DNA of 64,000 nt from Flavobacteriales bacterium (GTDB lineage: Bacteria; Bacteroidota; Bacteroidia; Flavobacteriales_D; Crocinitomicaceae). The DNA lies in the NCBI GenBank assembly GCA_947463385.1, contig CANHSL010000003.1, forward strand, positions 658-64,657, in the 5' to 3' direction. Shown in pieces: positions 1-9,806 of the stretch (positions are counted from its first letter, which is position 1; each line of letters opens with the position of its first letter). The translations under genes and the position numbers were made by a program. Under the pieces are notes generated by a model that saw only the letters and a program-made list of their open reading frames with translations, did not search any database and had not been told where the DNA came from.

Positions 1-831
1 AATGTCCCCTGCAACAACATGGTAACGGTTGTAGAAACCATCATTGATTGGATCAATACATGCTTCTGTACCTGTAAAATTTTCTTGGTCGTTCCAACCA
101 TCCACTGTAAACTTGTATTCAATAGCACTTGGCGCAAGTGGTAAGGTAACTTCCCAAATTGTACCGGTTGTATTTGTCATTGGATTACATGCACCACACC
201 ATCCGTTGAATGAACCATTCACGAATACACCATTCGCTGTATTACCACCATATTGTGCCATATCTACACGGAACGTTACGTTGTAATTTGCTACAGGGAT
301 TAATTGCGTACGGTTGTAAATGAATCTCCACCAGTTTGCACCCACGTTGATATCTAGGGTTAGTGTGTTTCCACCATTACTCAATCCAGTTAAATAAGTA
401 ATCGTATCCGCTGCATTTAATGGGTTGTTTATTTCTGAACCATTAATCACCTTAGCTAAGCCCATGTGCGCACCCAATCCGTATACAGAAAGTGTGTTGT
501 TTGTTCCGTCATACGCATAGGTAGCAGGATTAGAACCGTTGTGCGGAGCAACTGGCGTTCCACAAGCATCAGGATTAGCACCTTGCCATCCTTCTAACCA
601 TGTTTGACCATCCATATAATGCATCATGGTACCATTCGCATTAAACGTAATAGAATCGTCAAACATACACGCTCGAGTCGTTAAGTCTCCAACGCCATTT
701 GACCACCACTGCATGCTACCTTGAGAAGGACCAACGCCCATAGCAGCTGCTTGGTTTGCAAGTTTCCACGTACCTACAACTTGCGCGTTGAAAGCCATTG
801 GAAGCAAAAGAAAAAGTAATAATTTTTTCAT
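1..831 (-). CDS. Secreted glycan-binding protein, N-terminal 277 aa only; the gene runs off the window start
   Basis: ATG at complement 829-831 gives signal peptide MKKLLLFLLLPMAFNAQ. The frame stays open to position 1, so there is no stop in the window and it is absent from the ORF track. The N-terminal VGTWKL..MGVGP..WWS module resembles ORF 4298-5149. It is followed by a CBM-like segment (NVTFRVDM...VFVNGSFNGWCGAC). Confidence 0.7.
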   Translation of the reverse strand, partial: MKKLLLFLLLPMAFNAQVVGTWKLANQAAAMGVGPSQGSMQWWSNGVGDLTTRACMFDDSITFNANGTMMHYMDGQTWLEGWQGANPDACGTPVAPHNGSNPATYAYDGTNNTLSVYGLGAHMGLAKVINGSEINNPLNAADTITYLTGLSNGGNTLTLDINVGANWWRFIYNRTQLIPVANYNVTFRVDMAQYGGNTANGVFVNGSFNGWCGACNPMTNTTGTIWEVTLPLAPSAIEYKFTVDGWNDQENFTGTEACIDPINDGFYNRYHVVAGDI

Positions 832-860
832 AACATTAAAATAATTTAAGGGTTGTATGG

Positions 861-900
861 GGTAAATATAGTAATTTTTACAATAAGCCTAAAATAATTC
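861..900 (-). promoter_or_regulatory. Upstream cis-module of the CBM-like gene. Minus-strand blocks GAATTATTTTAG / TATTGTAAAAA / TATATTTACC, shared with the susC upstream region
   Basis: Minus-strand read: GAATTATTTTAGGCTTATTGTAAAAATTACTATATTTACC, ending 30 nt upstream of the ATG at 831. The same three blocks occur in the same order at 9807-9855. Confidence 0.35.
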
Positions 901-930
901 AAATTATTTCAAAATCAACAACTTAATGCC

Positions 931-3186
931 CTACTTAAAAACTACGGATCCCTTCATAGTTCCGATGCTGAAATTGAATTTACCAGGTTCGAATATCCAA
1001 TCCCCTGCTTCATTCACAAACATTAAGTCTTCTTTGTTCAGCACAAAACGCACTTCTACAGTTTGTCCCGCAGGAATTTTTACCTTTTGAAAGCGTTTTA
1101 ATTGTTCTCCAGCAGGTATCATACTCGCGAATTCATCGCCAACATACAGCTGAACAACCTCATCTATTTCGCGATTGCTTTGATTGATCACATCAACGGT
1201 AATTTCCCAAGGCGAATTCCCACTCAATACCTCATTGCTTTTTAAATGCTCGTAACTCACTTCCCCATAATGTAACCCGAATCCAAAAGGCCATTCCGGA
1301 TTAAACGCGGCATAGTCACCAACATTGGAACGATCCACGCTGCGAGGACGGTCATAAAACTCGATTACACCATCATATTTCGGATACGTATATGGAAGCT
1401 TTCCACTAAAGTTTTTTTCACCTGACAACAACTCCACTAAAGCCTCCGCCCCATAATCTCCCGGTAAATAGCATTGAACAATGGCTCCGGCAGGGTCAAC
1501 GATATCTCGAATGATGCGCGGCCGTCCCTCCACCAATACAATGATTACATTTTTGTGCTTAGCATAGGCCATTTTTGCCAATTCAAGCTGTTTGGAATCT
1601 AAGTGCAAACTGCGAATGTCGCCAGGTTTTTCTGTCGCCGGAACCTCGCCTAAACATAAAACCACTGTTTCTACCTCATCTAGCTTTTTGATGTAGTCAT
1701 CAAGGGATGTAAATCGTGATTGTTCAATTTCCTTTTCTTTAAATAATTCTACACCCTTTGAAAACAGGCATTGTTCTCCATATTTTTCCTGAAGTGCCTG
1801 AACAATGGTTTTGCATCCTTTTGTATTAAACGAAGTATCCATCCCTTGCCAGGTATGTGACCACGCACCGTTTAGGTAAACCAGGTTGTCTGCGCATGGG
1901 CCAGCCACTAGAAACTTGGCGTTTGTTTTTAAAGGCAGGATTCCATCATTCTTCAACAAGGTAATAGATTCTAGTGCCGCTTGTTTAGACGCGTTTTTAT
2001 GCTGTGTAGAACCAAAGGCAGTATAACTTGAAAGTACGGGTTGATGCAAGTCAAATAAACCAACGACTTCTTTTGTTCGGTATATTCGATTCACTGCGTC
2101 ATCCAATCGCTCGGACGTAATGTTACCGTCTTTAACGGATTGTAACATGAGTTCACAATAGGTTTTATAGTCTGGAGAGAGTGGAACCATACTCATGTCT
2201 ACGCCTGCATTAAAGGCTTTTTCGTAAGCTGTTTTTAGGTGCGGGGCAACGCGATGTACTGTATGCAGCATGTTAAAGTCTTCCCAATCCGAAACGGCAA
2301 ATCCCGGGAATTTCCACTCGTCCTTAAGTGTGTGTTGAATTAGGGATTTATTAATGTGACCTGGAATACCATTTACCGTTCCACTGTTGATCATTACCGT
2401 TTGAGCGCCGGCTTGAACGGCTGATTTAAATGAAGGTAAATACAACTCCTTCATGTATTTATCTGGAATCCAAGCAGGGGTGCGATCACGTCCACTGGCA
2501 GCGGCACTATACCCAACAAAGTGTTTCATACACGATAGCACATGTACCGAATCAATTACGCGCGGATTAATTCCTTGATACCCTTTAATGATGGCTGCTC
2601 CCATTTCTGAAACCAAATATGGGTCCTCACCCAGCGTTTCAAAAGTTCTTGACCAGAGAGGGTTTCTTCCTAAATCTAACACTGGAGAAAAATTCCAAGG
2701 AATGCCTGATGCTCTGGTTTCATAGGCCGTAATTCGGCCAAATTCTTGCGCTAAAGTTGGATTCCACGTAGCTGCCAACCCAATTTCTTGAGGAAACAAG
2801 GTTGCTCCTTGGGTATAATTCACCCCGTGAATGGCATCAATACCATAAAGTACTGGCACCTTAATTCTACCCGAAGTATAATACGATTGAATGGTTTGTG
2901 TAATTTCTTGCCATTGCGCTCGGGTTAGCGTGTGCCAACTCACGTTAAGGATTGAACCTACTTTGTATTTAACAAGGGCTTCTGTGAGTTTATTTGTGTC
3001 CAATTTAAGCGGAACCAAGGTTCTGCCTTGCCCATCTGTTTGTGCAACGGCATCCAAGGTAATTTGACATGTTTGTCCTACCTTTTCTTCTAAGGTTAAG
3101 TTTGTACGCGCAGTTGCATGTTCATTTCTTGTAACTACACATGAGGCTAATGCACCAAGGCACAAAAAAAACAAGAGTTTTTTCAT
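931..3186 (-). CDS. GH3 family beta-glucosidase (periplasmic lipoprotein)
   Basis: 751 aa. Lipoprotein signal (GALASC), GH3 motifs KHFVGYS and the GFAVSDWED nucleophile region, C-terminal fibronectin-like domain. Lies within the PUL. Confidence 0.93.
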   Translation of the reverse strand: MKKLLFFLCLGALASCVVTRNEHATARTNLTLEEKVGQTCQITLDAVAQTDGQGRTLVPLKLDTNKLTEALVKYKVGSILNVSWHTLTRAQWQEITQTIQSYYTSGRIKVPVLYGIDAIHGVNYTQGATLFPQEIGLAATWNPTLAQEFGRITAYETRASGIPWNFSPVLDLGRNPLWSRTFETLGEDPYLVSEMGAAIIKGYQGINPRVIDSVHVLSCMKHFVGYSAAASGRDRTPAWIPDKYMKELYLPSFKSAVQAGAQTVMINSGTVNGIPGHINKSLIQHTLKDEWKFPGFAVSDWEDFNMLHTVHRVAPHLKTAYEKAFNAGVDMSMVPLSPDYKTYCELMLQSVKDGNITSERLDDAVNRIYRTKEVVGLFDLHQPVLSSYTAFGSTQHKNASKQAALESITLLKNDGILPLKTNAKFLVAGPCADNLVYLNGAWSHTWQGMDTSFNTKGCKTIVQALQEKYGEQCLFSKGVELFKEKEIEQSRFTSLDDYIKKLDEVETVVLCLGEVPATEKPGDIRSLHLDSKQLELAKMAYAKHKNVIIVLVEGRPRIIRDIVDPAGAIVQCYLPGDYGAEALVELLSGEKNFSGKLPYTYPKYDGVIEFYDRPRSVDRSNVGDYAAFNPEWPFGFGLHYGEVSYEHLKSNEVLSGNSPWEITVDVINQSNREIDEVVQLYVGDEFASMIPAGEQLKRFQKVKIPAGQTVEVRFVLNKEDLMFVNEAGDWIFEPGKFNFSIGTMKGSVVFK

Positions 3187-3195
3187 CGCAATACA

Positions 3196-4290
3196 CTATT
3201 GAAAAACGCGCACATAATCCACGTACATCGTTTGAGGAAGTTGTGTAGTTGCATCTGGATTTCCTGGCCAATTACCACCAACCGCTACATTGAAAATCAA
3301 GAAGAACTTTTCTTGAAATTCAGCCAATTGTGCTGGGGTGGTACTCATGGTATTATACACGGTATTATCTACTAACCAGGTAATGCTATTTGCATTCCAA
3401 ACGATAGAAAACACATGAAATTCATCCGCAAAAATCCCTGAATTTAAGGTATAACTATCCCCAAATTGTGCATGTGAACCATTATCGCTCCAATGGGCCG
3501 TTCCGTGAACCGTTTTGTCATTGTTACCAGCTCCACCAATCATTTCCATAATATCTATCTCCCCACAGGCAGGCCAACTAACCGATGTGATGTTGTCTCC
3601 TAACATCCACAAGGCAGGCCAAATGCCTTGACCCTTTGGTAATGCTGCGCGTATATCAATGCGCCCATATTTCCAAGATTGAATGCCTTGTGTTTTAATA
3701 CGACTTGAGGTGTAATTTTGTCCGCCCATCGCTTCTTGTTTAGCGGTTATCTGAAGTACGCCGCCAGAAACCGTAGTATTTTGACTGGTGTAATATTGAA
3801 GTTCATTGTTACCCCATCCCCAATTACCATTGCCCGTTTCATGTACCCAATCCGCAGAGAGGGCATTCCCATTAAATTCATCGTGCCAAACTAAGGTATA
3901 CCCATTGTAGCTCATGGGGCTTGTTGGGCCACTTGTTGGTGCGCCCGTACCGCCCAGGTTCAGGTTGATTTCAAATACATCGGTTTCCGTAATAAAATGT
4001 TCCGACGTCGTATAGGCAACGGTTTTAACCGAATACTCACCTGATGTCGAATACGTATGTGTTGCCACACCCGCATTGGATTTTATCATAGTAGAGTCGC
4101 CATTTTCATAAAAGGTGAAAATGTAGAAATTCGCCGAATCCGCATGGGCTGTAACATCCACGGTTGCTGAATTAATATCCAATGTTACCTGCAGATTCGA
4201 AGGTAAAACTATATCCTTAGGTATATAATTATCCTTTTGACAAGCAGCCAAAATAACTAAAATGGAAAGTAGCATAACTAAGTTTTTCAT
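3196..4290 (-). CDS. GH16 endo-beta-1,3-glucanase (laminarinase) with an N-terminal Ig/PKD-like domain
   Basis: 364 aa. Lipoprotein signal (LAAC) and the GH16 catalytic motif EIDIMEMIG (ExDxxE). Adjacent to GH3 and SusCD. Confidence 0.92.
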   Translation of the reverse strand: MKNLVMLLSILVILAACQKDNYIPKDIVLPSNLQVTLDINSATVDVTAHADSANFYIFTFYENGDSTMIKSNAGVATHTYSTSGEYSVKTVAYTTSEHFITETDVFEINLNLGGTGAPTSGPTSPMSYNGYTLVWHDEFNGNALSADWVHETGNGNWGWGNNELQYYTSQNTTVSGGVLQITAKQEAMGGQNYTSSRIKTQGIQSWKYGRIDIRAALPKGQGIWPALWMLGDNITSVSWPACGEIDIMEMIGGAGNNDKTVHGTAHWSDNGSHAQFGDSYTLNSGIFADEFHVFSIVWNANSITWLVDNTVYNTMSTTPAQLAEFQEKFFLIFNVAVGGNWPGNPDATTQLPQTMYVDYVRVFQ

Positions 4291-4297
4291 GATATTA

Positions 4298-5149
4298 TTA
4301 TTCAGTTTTTAATTTAAGATACCAATTTAATCCACCCAAGTGATGTCCGTATTGTAAGTACATCGTTGAGTCTGTCAATTCCAAAATACGATAGGTATTA
4401 ACGCCCGTATAAAACCCAATGAAGGCACCATTTGAAATGGTTATGGTGTTCTCTGCACCTTCAACCAAATTCCAAGACTTGTCCATTTGATTCGGATAAG
4501 GCGCGGTAAAATCAGCTAGATTTTCAAAAGAACCAGGAAAACTTGCAGCAATTGAATTGTGAACATAGACATCTCCGTTGGTAATCATATCAAACTTAAA
4601 GGCATTTAAATGAAACACATATTTGTCGTTGTATAAACCGCATCCGGGTTTCTCATTTGCACCAGCAGCCCACCATTCGGGTGTAGCTCCCAATGGACTT
4701 TCTGGATCAGGACCTACGCCAAGGTGACCACTTAAAACAGAATCAATCACCCATGTTTTATAACCTGGACCATTAGCCCCACCCGTTAGTTTGTTGTAAA
4801 ACGGATTATCTAGTAAAGACAAATCGGTTTGAGCTATAACCACTTGCTGTGTAGACGATCGGCTGCCGCCTTTGTTAAACACTGTAAGTGTAATTGTATA
4901 GGTGCCGGCATAGGGATACGTTGCCGCAACTTCAACGCCTTCTCCTTTCACCCCATTTCCAAAATCCCAACGACACACTAAATTCGGGTTGCTCGCCGTA
5001 AGCTGAATAATATTGGCATTAGAATCAGAAGGAACTGCTGTAAATGCAGCATCCGTTTGACTTGGCGGATCGCCTAAGGTTGGACGAACTTTCTTACACG
5101 ACATCAAGGCTGTACATGCCAAGAATAAAATGATAAGGTTATTTTTCAT
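4298..5149 (-). CDS. PKD-domain surface glycan-binding lipoprotein (SGBP-like)
   Basis: The ORF track starts at 5185, which overlaps the susD stop. The internal ATG at 5149 gives a lipoprotein signal, MKNNLIILFLACTALMSC. PKD signature WDFGNG...YTITLTV, followed by a TW..GVGP..WW module. Confidence 0.8.
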   Translation of the reverse strand: MKNNLIILFLACTALMSCKKVRPTLGDPPSQTDAAFTAVPSDSNANIIQLTASNPNLVCRWDFGNGVKGEGVEVAATYPYAGTYTITLTVFNKGGSRSSTQQVVIAQTDLSLLDNPFYNKLTGGANGPGYKTWVIDSVLSGHLGVGPDPESPLGATPEWWAAGANEKPGCGLYNDKYVFHLNAFKFDMITNGDVYVHNSIAASFPGSFENLADFTAPYPNQMDKSWNLVEGAENTITISNGAFIGFYTGVNTYRILELTDSTMYLQYGHHLGGLNWYLKLKTE

Positions 5150-5160
5150 GGTTGATGCTA

Positions 5161-6621
5161 TTAATATCCGGGGTTTTGTGGCCAACGACCTCCCGCTAAA
5201 TCTATTTCTACTTGTGGAATCGGGAATACTTCATGTTTCCCTGAGATGAATCCAGGAATGGCTGTCGCCGCTTTACCTGTTCTTACTAAATCAAAAAAGC
5301 GATGTCCTTCACCAGATAATTCAAAGCGGCGCTCATTATAAATCTTATCCAACGAATTTACTGAAACTCCTGGAATTGAAACGCGCGAGCGGATTTGATT
5401 CACATAGGTTTGTGCAATGGCGGTATTACCTAAATGATAATTTGCTTCTGCAGACATTAATAACACATCGGCATAGCGAATCACACGATAATTTACAGGA
5501 CTTGTCAAATCATTATCAGGCAGGCCAATTTCTCCTTGACGTTTGATGTATTTATTGTTGTAATATCCGGTGTGTCCTCCAGCACCAATGGCATAAGTAA
5601 TTGCGCTTGGATTGGGTTGTGCGGCGATAAATGCTTCAATATCTAAAATAGTAGCTGCCCGGCGCGGATCTCCAGCGGGGAAGAAGTTATATAGGTCTTG
5701 GGTTGGCAGGTTGTAACTGTTCCCGTCTCCATATACCGGACCATTATATTGTCGAATGCCTTGAAAACCTGGAGCAGCGTTGCCTTCTAAGCAAACTAAA
5801 CATCCGTAACCCCCACCTTCTAAGCCAGAGTACTGAATATCAAATACTGTTTCTGTGTTGTTTTCGTGTGCAACATCAAACAACTCAGTGTAGGAAGGAT
5901 GAAGGCTGTAAAGTCCACTCGCAATTACGTCGTCAAACATATCGTCTGCCTCTGTCCATTTGCTTTGATATAAATACACCTTCCCTAATAAGGCTTGAGC
6001 AGCCCCTTTGGTCGCTCTTCCTTTTTGGCCTGCAACCGGATTCAAAACGGGATATGCCTCTTTTAAATCCTTTTCAATCTGCGCATATACGTCCGCTTTG
6101 GGTGACCGATCAATCGTGCGAACTTCTTCAATACCAAGCCGCTTATCAATCACCAAAGGAACATCACCAAAGAACTTTACAAGTTCAAAATAATAATATG
6201 CCCTAAGAAATTTAGCTTCAGCTAAAATATGTGCTTTCTCAGGGAAATCGATATTGTCTTTGTTTTCTAAAATATAATTCGCCCGCGAAATACCGACGTA
6301 GTTCCAACGAAAAACACTGCGTAAATCGTTATTAACTCCCCCATGGTTCATGGCATCGATTTGATGAAGTCCTTGCGAGTCGTTTGCGCTTTCACCTCCG
6401 GCAATTGCATTATCAGAAGCTATTTCTCCAATCCAAAGGGACATGAATGAAGTTTGCAGTAAATCATACGCACCAACTAAGGCTCGGTCATAATCTTCCG
6501 GAGTTTTAAAATAATTTTCCGCATCTTGGGTATACGGCGGGTCAACGGTCAGGAACTTTTTACATGAAAAAATCCCCGCCAATACCAATCCCAAAATCAA
6601 CAAACGTTTAATATTCTTCAT
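5161..6621 (-). CDS. susD: SusD/RagB family nutrient-binding outer membrane lipoprotein
   Basis: 486 aa with lipoprotein signal (GIFSC). Lies directly downstream of susC (3-nt gap). Typical SusD length and TPR-like N-terminal half. Confidence 0.93.
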   Translation of the reverse strand: MKNIKRLLILGLVLAGIFSCKKFLTVDPPYTQDAENYFKTPEDYDRALVGAYDLLQTSFMSLWIGEIASDNAIAGGESANDSQGLHQIDAMNHGGVNNDLRSVFRWNYVGISRANYILENKDNIDFPEKAHILAEAKFLRAYYYFELVKFFGDVPLVIDKRLGIEEVRTIDRSPKADVYAQIEKDLKEAYPVLNPVAGQKGRATKGAAQALLGKVYLYQSKWTEADDMFDDVIASGLYSLHPSYTELFDVAHENNTETVFDIQYSGLEGGGYGCLVCLEGNAAPGFQGIRQYNGPVYGDGNSYNLPTQDLYNFFPAGDPRRAATILDIEAFIAAQPNPSAITYAIGAGGHTGYYNNKYIKRQGEIGLPDNDLTSPVNYRVIRYADVLLMSAEANYHLGNTAIAQTYVNQIRSRVSIPGVSVNSLDKIYNERRFELSGEGHRFFDLVRTGKAATAIPGFISGKHEVFPIPQVEIDLAGGRWPQNPGY

Positions 6622-6624
6622 CGA

Positions 6625-9600
6625 TTAAAATTTAAATTGTAATCCTACCATTACGGTTTTAGCTTGTGGATATAATCCATAATCTACTCCCGCAGATAAT
6701 GCACTCGTTGAACCTAAATCTGGATCATAGCCCATGTATCTTGTTAGTGTTAATAAGTTGTTTGCCGCAACATAAACACGAAGTTGTTCCATTTTGATTT
6801 TACGTAACCAATCTTTAGAAAAAGCATACCCTATTTGAAGGTTTCGCAAGCGTAAGAACGACCCGTCTTCCACATAAAAAGAGGAGAATACATTGTTTCG
6901 CGTAGGCTCTGTGGTTTGACGTGGAACATCAAAGGAGCTTTCAGACCCCACCCAGCGATCAATAACATAGCTCATTTGATTTGCATACGGTTGTTGACGT
7001 TCGTAATTACGGATGATTTCATTGCCAATAGACGCATAAAAATTTGCTGAAATATCAAACCCTTTATAGCTTCCTGAAAGATTAAAGCCCATGGTGAAAT
7101 CAGGAATTGCCGAACCTAAATAGGTTTTGTCACTATCATCTGTAAAGCTAATAACGCCGTCTCCATCTTGATCCACGAAAATTAAATCTCCTGGCTTAGC
7201 ACCCTCTTGAACTACGGCTGCATTATCAATTTCTTCTTGTGATTGATAAATGCCTGCGGTTTGATAGCCAAAGAAATATCCGATTTCGTATCCTTTCTGA
7301 AAACGTGTAGCTACATCGCCTCCCACGCTAAAGGCAGCTCCTGGCAAATAATCAACTCCTGTTGGAACCGCCGTAACTTTATTATTAACTGCGGTAAAGT
7401 TCCAATTTGCCTCGTATAGGAAATCTTTGGTTCGATCGGAACGGTATCCTAATTCAATTTCCCACCCTTTATTGGATACATTTCCGGCATTAATTACCGG
7501 AGGGTAACCTCCTGGACCATAAGAGCCCATTAATGCGGAAACATCTGGTTGAAATAATAGGTCGTAGGTGTTTTTTATAAAGTAATTGGTAGTAACAGAA
7601 AGTTTCTTCCAAAAAGAAAGGTCAAGGCCAATGTTTAATTGACGAGTCGTTTCCCATTTCAAATCTGGATTAGCAGGACGACCGATTGCTACACCTTGCG
7701 TAATGACGTCATCAAACACGTAAACCCCTTCGCCATTGAGTAATGCACGGTATGCGAAATTTGGAATCTGATCATTTCCAGAAATCCCGTAGCTTACTCT
7801 CAATTTACATAAGTCGATTGGTTTGAATTTGAAGAATTTCTCTTCTGAAATTAACCACCCTGCAGACATGGATGGGAAGGTTCCAAAGCGGCTATTTGGT
7901 CCGAATTTACTAGAGCCATCTCTACGCACCACCATGGAAACTAAGTACTTCTCTTTGAATCCATATTCCGCGCGCATGAACACAGAAACCAATCGCTCCG
8001 TGAATTCCCAAGAACCGGTATTGTTTAAATAACCTCCTTGTGTAGTGTTGGCAGAAATATCCGCATAATTCACATCATTATTTGGGACTCCATACGCTAC
8101 GCCATTGAGGGATTTTCCATCCCGTTGAAAAATCGTAACCCCTGCCGTTGCTTTAACCTGATGATCCGTTTTAAACACTTGATCGTAATTTGCAAATCCT
8201 TCGTAGGATAAATCACTAAACGTATTACGTTCTTCATAAATCGCTGCTCCTCGGTCAATTTCAAAACCTGGCGTAAGTTCAACCGTAGGTGATTCTAATT
8301 GCGCATTAAGGGCCGTATTGGCATATTTTCCATCGCCGTACCATACTAAGGGAGAGAACACCTTTGAATCCACCAAAGAAACATTATAATTAAAGCGATT
8401 CGTTACAGTTAAGTAGGAAAGCGGTTTATAAACAAACTCTTCCTTTCCTACGAATTTTTGCGCTTGATTCCAGTTGTACGTGTTCATGATTTGAGCCACC
8501 GGATTAATGATGTCGCTCACTTCTTCCATGTAAGAATAATTCCCCATTGGAGAAATTACGGGTTCGGTTGGGAAGGCATTAATTGCATTGTACAATACAG
8601 AACCAATGCCATTTTCAGGCAGGGTATTTCTGCCTTCCGTTGAAAACAAAAGCACGGAATTCAATTTTAGTTTATCGGAAAGGTCAGTTGAAAAATTAAG
8701 ACGGGCATTATATCGGTCAAAATGAGACTTTGACCCACCAACAATACCATCCTGATTAAAATACCCTAATCCAATAGAGTAACGGGTATTTAAGGTTCCG
8801 CCATTCAAAGACACATTGTGACTTTGTACCGGTGAACGAGTAAATACTTGATCTTGCCAATCCGTACCTTTACCCACATTTACGTTATCAAAGGGCATGG
8901 CTTGACCGCCCATTGCGAACATTTCATTTTTTATTACCGCATATTCATCGGCGCGCAATAAATCAAGTTTCTTAGAGGTTTCTTGTAAACCAAAATACCC
9001 ATTATACTCAATGGTTGGTTTACGGTTTATTGAGCCATTTTTTGTTTCAATAAGTACCACACCATTTGCTGCTCTTACCCCATAAATACCTGCCATGGCA
9101 TCCTTTAACACCGTAATGGATTTTATGTCAGACGGATTCAGTGCATTTAATCCTTGAGAATCGTAAACAATTCCATCGACTAAAATCAAGGGGTCGTTAT
9201 CCCCAAAGGTACCAAGCCCTCTAATCCGTATGTTCGCACTCCCGCCGGGCGAACCGGAGTTTGTGGAAATATTCACCCCAGCCATCTGCCCTTGTAAGGC
9301 TTGATCCATGCGGGCCATATTCATTTTTTCAATGTCTTCCCCGTCGACTTTTGACGTTGCCCCAGTAATGGTTTTGTTTTTTGCTTCTCCATATCCAATG
9401 ACAGTAATTTCCTTTTTATCAGAAAACTCAGGCTTCATAATAAGGGTCACGTTTTGATCCCCCGGACCAACAACCACCTCTTGGGTTTGATAACCATAAA
9501 TTGAAATTGTTAATGTCGCGCTTGCGGTATCTTTCATTTGAATTGAAAAGAATCCGTCATTCGCTGTTAGGGCATTTCCTTTGGGTGATTTTGAGGAAAT

Positions 9601-9717
9601 CTTCGCAAACCCTAAGGGTTCGTTTACATCATTAACAACTTTTCCAGAAACGACCCTCATTTGAGCGAATCCCATCGAAGCACATGCTAAGATAAAAAGT
9701 AAAAATCCTATTCTCAT
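6625..9717 (-). CDS. susC: SusC/RagA family TonB-dependent receptor
   Basis: 1030 aa. N-terminal carboxypeptidase-regulatory-like domain (VVSGKVVND..PLGFA), a plug domain, a beta-barrel ending in F, and pairing with SusD. Confidence 0.95.
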   Translation of the reverse strand: MRIGFLLFILACASMGFAQMRVVSGKVVNDVNEPLGFAKISSKSPKGNALTANDGFFSIQMKDTASATLTISIYGYQTQEVVVGPGDQNVTLIMKPEFSDKKEITVIGYGEAKNKTITGATSKVDGEDIEKMNMARMDQALQGQMAGVNISTNSGSPGGSANIRIRGLGTFGDNDPLILVDGIVYDSQGLNALNPSDIKSITVLKDAMAGIYGVRAANGVVLIETKNGSINRKPTIEYNGYFGLQETSKKLDLLRADEYAVIKNEMFAMGGQAMPFDNVNVGKGTDWQDQVFTRSPVQSHNVSLNGGTLNTRYSIGLGYFNQDGIVGGSKSHFDRYNARLNFSTDLSDKLKLNSVLLFSTEGRNTLPENGIGSVLYNAINAFPTEPVISPMGNYSYMEEVSDIINPVAQIMNTYNWNQAQKFVGKEEFVYKPLSYLTVTNRFNYNVSLVDSKVFSPLVWYGDGKYANTALNAQLESPTVELTPGFEIDRGAAIYEERNTFSDLSYEGFANYDQVFKTDHQVKATAGVTIFQRDGKSLNGVAYGVPNNDVNYADISANTTQGGYLNNTGSWEFTERLVSVFMRAEYGFKEKYLVSMVVRRDGSSKFGPNSRFGTFPSMSAGWLISEEKFFKFKPIDLCKLRVSYGISGNDQIPNFAYRALLNGEGVYVFDDVITQGVAIGRPANPDLKWETTRQLNIGLDLSFWKKLSVTTNYFIKNTYDLLFQPDVSALMGSYGPGGYPPVINAGNVSNKGWEIELGYRSDRTKDFLYEANWNFTAVNNKVTAVPTGVDYLPGAAFSVGGDVATRFQKGYEIGYFFGYQTAGIYQSQEEIDNAAVVQEGAKPGDLIFVDQDGDGVISFTDDSDKTYLGSAIPDFTMGFNLSGSYKGFDISANFYASIGNEIIRNYERQQPYANQMSYVIDRWVGSESSFDVPRQTTEPTRNNVFSSFYVEDGSFLRLRNLQIGYAFSKDWLRKIKMEQLRVYVAANNLLTLTRYMGYDPDLGSTSALSAGVDYGLYPQAKTVMVGLQFKF

Positions 9718-9739
9718 TGTTTTCTTTTAAAGTTACTTT

Positions 9740-9759
9740 GTGGGGAGTTGCCTCCCCAC
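9740..9759 (-). promoter_or_regulatory. GC-rich stem-loop in the predicted susC 5' leader
   Basis: GTGGGGAG-TTGC-CTCCCCAC, an 8-bp stem ending 22 nt upstream of the susC ATG. There is no U-run after it on the minus strand, so it is not a classical intrinsic terminator. Confidence 0.4.
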
Positions 9760-9806
9760 GCACTAAGTAAAAACTAACTGTTCAACTGTTTTGATACCAA
9801 TTGAAT

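Noticed and set aside
5150-5185. 12-codon N-terminal extension of the PKD lipoprotein that overlaps the susD stop
   Set aside because: The internal ATG at 5149 yields a textbook lipoprotein signal peptide, and the extension would bury it.
5703-6206. 167-aa and 61-aa plus-strand ORFs inside susD. Similar antisense ORFs occur inside susC, dxs, fumC (24213-24590), the icd and MFS genes, the FG-GAP gene (30001-30303), the ABC exporter and lepA.
   Set aside because: All lie antisense within long ORFs of clearly recognisable families. They lack signal or motif content and promoter or terminator context. They are typical spurious shadow ORFs.
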